From positions 1 to 64,000 of the forward strand of contig ML978132.1 of NCBI GenBank assembly GCA_010015805.1: a DNA stretch of 64,000 nt, read 5' to 3'. The position numbers and the translations under genes were made by a program. Positions 58,161 to 64,000 of the stretch are shown piece after piece. The notes beneath the pieces were generated by a model that was not told the DNA's origin, made no database searches, and saw nothing but the letters and a program-made list of their open reading frames with translations. Numbering within the stretch: position 1 is the first letter of the stretch; the number at the start of each line of letters is the position of its first letter. Source of the DNA: Rhizodiscina lignyota (Eukaryota).

Positions 58161-58473
58161 ATGCAGGTCGATAGTACGAAGGAGTCAATTTCCAGCGCGC
58201 CAACGAGACCTGCAACAGCGTCTCTCTTTCGTGATAGTGCCAACAGTTAATTATATGCAGGAGCTAGTTTTCAGTGACCGAACAGTCTACAGAACGGCTC
58301 TATCAAAGTTGCCCTTAGTACTTCTAAGAAGCCTCCTTATATCGCTAAAGTCATGTTCGATTGTGTTCTAGAGTAGCTTGCCTAGCCTAACTTAGGAGAT
58401 TTACTTCTCATTATGTCGCCAAACGTCTCCAGTTCTAGTTTCGCTGCGGTAAATTACAACCCTATATGCCGGC

Positions 58474-60654
58474 TCATGCATTGAGATTCAACGGGCTCGT
58501 GCACGTCTACGAAAGCATGTTAGCAGACTTGTTCGCAGCTAGCGGGTATCATATATAGAAGGAGAGGAACACTTACAAAAGCATTGAGCTGCGGATTCTC
58601 AAAAGCATTAATCATGCCCTGAACCGCCGCATATGCACCCAAACCAGCTGTCGCCAGCGCACCACCCAAATAGATGACGTTCCAAGCATTCATATACCAC
58701 GGACCTGCCATGAAGCCCCTTGCCCACCTCCTGAGTCCTGAATCATGCCTTACCACTCTTCCAGTAGCAGGATCGAATCCCTCACCCTGCTCAGCCTGAA
58801 TGGCATCTCTTTGCATGAAATAGCCCAGCGCCAAGAGCGGTGGGAAGCTGTAGCAGAACTGGATGATGCAGAACGCGGCAACAACGCTGACCAGTCCGAA
58901 AAAGTCGGGAATAGCAGCCGCGACGACAAATGCGATGCTCCAGTATATTGGCACGATGATGGCCCAAAGAATCTTGCCGGACTTGGTAGTGAGCGGAGGA
59001 CATTTGAAAAGGTCCATCAAGATATTGTTGTATAGTACTTTAATACCAATGTTACCGTAGAGGCCTGCAGCAATGATGCCAGAGATGACGGCGAGAATGT
59101 TGCCGGCTGTCTGCCAGCCATAAGGAGAAACGCCCTGGTAAGAGATTTGGTATGCGTATCTGTGGAACAAATCTTAGCGGAGTCTTCCGGTTTCCGGCCC
59201 CCTGGGTTCTGTGGTTGCCAAGAAAAAGAGAGAAGGGGGGGGGGGGGGGGGGGGGGTTGACACTTACTGTCCCTGCCAGAAGTACACGTAGCAACCGTAC
59301 ACCATGTAGCATGTGTAGATGAAGGCCTGCGCTAACCACATTGATTTAAGAAAGTCCCGTGGCCTTCGCATCTCCGCCATGAATTCGACGAACAGCTGTG
59401 CTCCTCCATATGCGTACACGCCCTGCATAAGCCCATTGATCGAGCCGATCAAGCTGTTCGGATTCGGGAGGCTGTTGTAGTGGACGATGGGTGGATAGTT
59501 GCCGTTCTTGTCAGGCGTAATGGTGTCGGGGTTTGTTGAAGCACCAGCGCTGCCCAGCACGGCGATGGAAAAGTTTGGCGGCGAATGAGCGATGACGCCT
59601 GTCCAGGAACACTCGTGTCAGATAGTCGAAGGCTATACGTGTAAAGTAGAACATACCCATGCTGATGAACATGATCAGTAGGTTTATGAAGACTGCAGCG
59701 TTCGCGAGCCATCCATATTTCTGCAGCGTGCGGACCTGACCAATTCCAAATCTAAAATACATGGAGCAGATTAGTACAGCTCCAGGGCCTACGTTTAGAC
59801 TACAGGATAACATACCCAACAATGGCCCAGATCAAACAGCAGACAGTGTAGCAGAGTTTGAATTTGGATACTTGGGAGATGGCCTGGCCGTTGCTGATGA
59901 TAATCAAGCCAACGTTGCAAAGAAGCTGGATCGACTGCAGAATGTTGACACCGTAACGGAAGACAGGGCCGTATACGCGGAATGCGATATCGCCATAGTT
60001 CTTCATGGGGAATTCATACGAGTCTAGGCCCAAGTACATCTTCCACAGAAGGTAACCGGAGCTGTAACTGTGAGCATGGAGTACAATAGGCTCGAACACG
60101 TATTTGACTTACTAGCCAGCCGTCGCGCCGAAAACCGTGAATAGAGCAATACCAGGGCCCCATCCGAGCGTGCCCAAGGAGAAGCCGATACCGAATGGAC
60201 CTAGGATATCGGTGGTGATAAGGTAGAAGCACGCGGACCATGTCGCAGTCCTCAGAGCGCGAGAAGCATTCTTCCATTCCTCGTCTGAGATGTGTGCCCG
60301 TGTGCTAGCGTTCGCAAAATTTGCGTTAGCGGAGCTTCGGTGCTCTTCATCGCTCAGTCCAGCGGGCGCTGTCGGTGTCTTTCCCTGCACGCCAGATCCG
60401 CTCTTCGCGGGAAAGATGAGCTGCAAAATGTTCGTCTTTCCGCGGTCGGGATCATTACGATCAATTTCTTCTTCCTCGGCGCGAGTCCGCAAAGCGTAGT
60501 AGTGATACTCCTCAAATGTGACGCTCGAGTCGTGGAGTAGACGTTGCTGAGGCTTGATGTAGGCCTCTACCACTTGGGCATCCTTCTCGTTTTCTGGAGA
60601 GGGCAAGCGGGGATCAAGCCCTTCACCTTTCAATTCACCTATTGGGACTGACAT
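58474..60654 (-). CDS. AAAP (Aa_trans) family amino-acid transporter, multi-exon
   Basis: VTFEEYHYYA, ALRTATWSACFYLITTDILGPF, YAYGGAQLFVEFMAEMRRPRDF, AGLYGNIGIKV; many TM helices. Confidence 0.9.
59235..59256. repeat. G22 homopolymer (C22 in the transcript) inside a permease intron
   Basis: 22 consecutive G a few bases from the donor of intron ~59161-59266. Confidence 0.9.
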
Positions 60655-62854
60655 TGTGGTACTGCTGCAAAATCCACACCAAAGTTGTACTCAAGGACGC
60701 ACAAAGTCAAACAAGAAACGTGAAGGCTTGAGAAACCAAGGCGGGTGATTATGGATATATCTTTCGATCTGCTCTCACACACCTACTGCGATGTGGAATT
60801 CCATATTTAGGTAAAGGTCGTTTTGGGAAGGTGATGAGATGCGACAAATGCAATACATGACCTGCTTTGCCCTCATGCCACCCTCCAAAGGCGAGTAGGA
60901 ACGGTCGCCCGCCAGTCTGGCTCGAATCTTATCGTGCCATTACGACTTACCTGCCCAGACTGTCTGGCGTCTGGTGGTCTCGATTACTATTTGCGATTCG
61001 AGGCTCACTAGTCCCTATCTCTATCCTTGTGAGAGTCGTGGCCCGTGGATTTAGAGTGGAACAGTCAATATCTCCTTGGCGGGCTGATCAGGCATGGATA
61101 GTAGGCTTCACTTTGCTGCTGTAACGCCACTCTGATCTGAGAGGTATACCTCATAAGAGATGCTGTGAGACGCAGCGGACGGTCCAATGAAGCTAGCGGA
61201 GCAAATGGCAGGCCATTGTTGACTTGATTCCCCTGGGTGATGTTGATGTTGCATATCCTCATGGATGCGCCAACCAGAGCTTATCAGCGACAAGCCTTCC
61301 GCTATCCTGCAGGCGCGGCAGATGTGATCGATCAGGATTCGCCTTCCTGGTACCGCTTGTGAAGGTTGATCTAATTAGCATAGTACACGCGCAAGCCACG
61401 GCCTAAGGAAATTATAATCATTCCCGAATCTCAAAAACCGCCACCTCTTGATCAAATGCCTCAGATAGCCGTCGCACGCTGAGCTTGCCTGGTCTCGGGA
61501 GCCGTACACAGAAGCGAGAGGCCGCGAATGCATGTCGCTGCAATTGGGAGGCCTTCCGAAAATAGAATACCAGATAGCCTTTTGTTCTCCGCATTCTTTC
61601 TCCGCATCCATTAATTGGTCTGACAATTCCACCTTCCCACGGGAAGAATACTATCCAGTCTGACGTTTGATGCGAAGGAATGCTTTGGTGATACAAGCAA
61701 GGTGTCTCAAGTCCGCTGTGGTCATGCCAAAGTCTGATAAGACGCCTCATCTTACACGACAGACAGAATACCAACTGGCTGGACGTTCGAGAGCACTGTC
61801 CGCCGTTATCTCTATCTTTGGCGAATGCTCGAACGAACACGCAGACAGCAACGGACAATTCCGGTAAGAGCAAAACAGAGATGGTTGACGGAGCGTCCAG
61901 TCTTTTCCAATCGCGTGCGATCTAGGTCATCCTAAGACGGAAGGTGTCAAGTAGGGACGCTTCACAAAGCGCCAAGTAGCGCAGTAAGAAAGGAATTTGA
62001 TTTATCAACAGGACCCTAACAAGCGGGAGCATTTCCACTGGATAGTGGAAGGAGCTAAAGGGTGAGGAATCAGTGAAGAAATATTCCAAGGCGATGGACT
62101 CACTTATACCTTGTGAATCGCGTGCAACATGCTGCTTAGGTAGGCAGGCAGCCCGTAGCAGGTCGGATGGGAAACCGTAAGCACCGGTTTCCAGTCACTC
62201 GCGCCACTAGATAGTTGAGCTGCCATTTGCCAGTTTGACAACAATGAAGACATAAACCCCATTGGGTAACGAACAGCATCAATGCGCGAAAATATTAATT
62301 TTACAGGTAAGAGAGCAAGTGCTCCTTTTATGGTTGAAAAACAGCCACTCTCAGTCCTCCGTAATCAGACCGACAGCGGGTCCTCAGGCCAGATGGAGTA
62401 ACGACGTCGTAACCGACTCGGACGAGAAAGCCTCAGAAATATCCTATCTATGACTCAATCCAGTAATGTCTCTAGGCAAGTGGGCGACAAAAAAGCTGAG
62501 CCATGGCTACAATATGTCGAACCGTGACGATGCATATACTCTTTATTTTATATAGATTATATTCACTAAGTCCAAGTTTTTTAGATAAATACTGTCTAGT
62601 GTATATTTAATCGGACTTTCAGAGATGCTCTCACTGGTGTAGAAGAAGATATCTCATATCTACTGCACGCATTCAAATTCACGACTCCACGAGACTCAAG
62701 TATTGTCACTTTTCTCATATCGAAGTCTAGTTCGTAAGCTACTTGCTCTCTAGAGTCGTGTGAATGAAGTCTAAGAAATGCAATCAGTGAATCATGCAGC
62801 TCATGAAAATCCGTCTTTTGGTTCCAATTCATCAAAAGATCGCATTCCGAAGAT

Positions 62855-64000
62855 CTAAGAAACCCCATCACTAAACTCGACAACTGCCCATTTCCCAGTC
62901 CAAGCCCACTTCCTCGCTCCACTATCACCGCCGCCTCCCTCCATTGCTCGAAGCTCCTCGTCCCTTCCCTCAGGCAAGCCAACGACGACATCGCCTTTAC
63001 AAGTTCGCAACGCCAACACACGCAATCCAGATGAACCGCCAAGCGGGCCAAGCGCTTGCGAGAATGGGGTCGTGGCGGGCCACATTGCCTATCCAAAGCT
63101 GATTAGCACATATCCCCCGCTATTGTTCTTTTAAGAAGATGACTTACGTCGCCAGTCAGCTTCCTGTAGTTCAAATCTCCTTTGAAGATTGCCAATTCGC
63201 TCTTCTTCAGGTCGTCCCACAGATCCGGCGCACTCGTTGGTAGACGCCAGAAGCTTCCACCCTCCGTCCAGAAGGTGTTGGGTCTCAACACCAGTTGGCC
63301 TTCGGCATGAAAGGTACTCCATTGCTGGAATAAGAATTTCACATTATCGACTTCCTGATCAGACAGAGGCTTAGGCGTTCTTTCGGCATGCTTATCATCG
63401 TCCGAGAGCGAGGTGTAGAACGTTTGCGGATCCGCTAGAGCATTCAACAGTGCGCTGAAATCCGCTGGCACAACGTCCGACACAAACCATGGTATCGTCT
63501 TCGGGTGCAGCACAATGGTTGTGGCAAGACCGGAGGTCAGGAGATACCCGGCAAGAATGAGGTCGACGAAAAGCTCGAAGCCGGCATTGTCCAGGACGAA
63601 ATCAACTCTTCTCTCCGGCTTGCCCTCCTTTTGCAATTCCCGCAACGCTGCGAATGCAGCTGGTAGGTCGTTGACGAGTATATTCTTCTCTGATGCCTTC
63701 CTAGCCTCTGCGCCTTGTAGCTTCTGAAAGTCAACGTATGACAGGTTCGTGAGCAGCGATAAATCGGTCGCATTGCCCCAAAGACAGATCTCGCACATCT
63801 CAATGAAGAGCAGTTTCTCCGCAGCCTCGACCTCGTCTGCAGACTTGGATTCTGACGGAGGCGCAGTCTTGTCCTTCTCTATTTGTGCGACAATGTCTTT
63901 ATATTTCGCGGCAAGTTCAAGGATGGCGGGACGTGAGGAGCGTATGGAGGCGGTCTTTTGGCGTGCGAAGATGTCGTATGTCTTCCAGTGCTTGGAGAGG
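62855..64000 (-). CDS. DUF89/ARMT1-like damage-control phosphatase, 5' part outside the window
   Basis: EICLWGNATDLSL, DFVLDNAGFEL, PWFVSDV, IFKGDLNYRKL, LRTCKGDVVVGL, WAWTGKWAVV. Confidence 0.93.

Noticed and set aside
60655..62854. 2.2-kb gap with scattered GATA (HGATAR) sites and short ORFs
   Set aside because: Site density is not clearly above background and no ORF has recognisable features; treated as ordinary permease promoter and DUF89 3' region.

Overview
Gene-dense fungal nuclear DNA (filamentous ascomycete, Pezizomycotina; an Eurotiomycetes affinity is only my impression). Most introns are short GT-AG introns with CTRAC/CTAAT branch points. About 23 protein genes. Housekeeping: CWC27, ALE1, EPL1, RKM4/SETD6, LYS1, a 25-aa RPL41 that the ORF track misses, a Mek1/Chk2-type FHA kinase, YCF1, a Rup1-like UBA protein, CBF5, KAE1 and a partial DUF89 phosphatase. 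Accessory or metabolic: a Tri101-like acyltransferase, two alpha/beta hydrolases, a HET protein, an amino-acid permease and a DUF2841 protein with a long Gln-Ala repeat. Main leads: (1) four unusually long introns (three in YCF1, one in a Zn2Cys6 TF gene) with many helices that have G-U pairs on the transcribed strand, two with mutually exclusive pairings, one directly before two micro-exons; (2) a TF divergent from a dehydrogenase/pseudo-dehydrogenase/DUF1537 kinase fusion, suggesting fungal tetronate (four-carbon acid sugar) catabolism; (3) a bacterial-type Gfo/Idh/MocA oxidoreductase with a GC-AG intron, divergent from a lone type II dehydroquinase. No tRNA, rRNA, CRISPR or intact transposon recognised. 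All calls come from manual motif reading; no database searches or folding programs were run.
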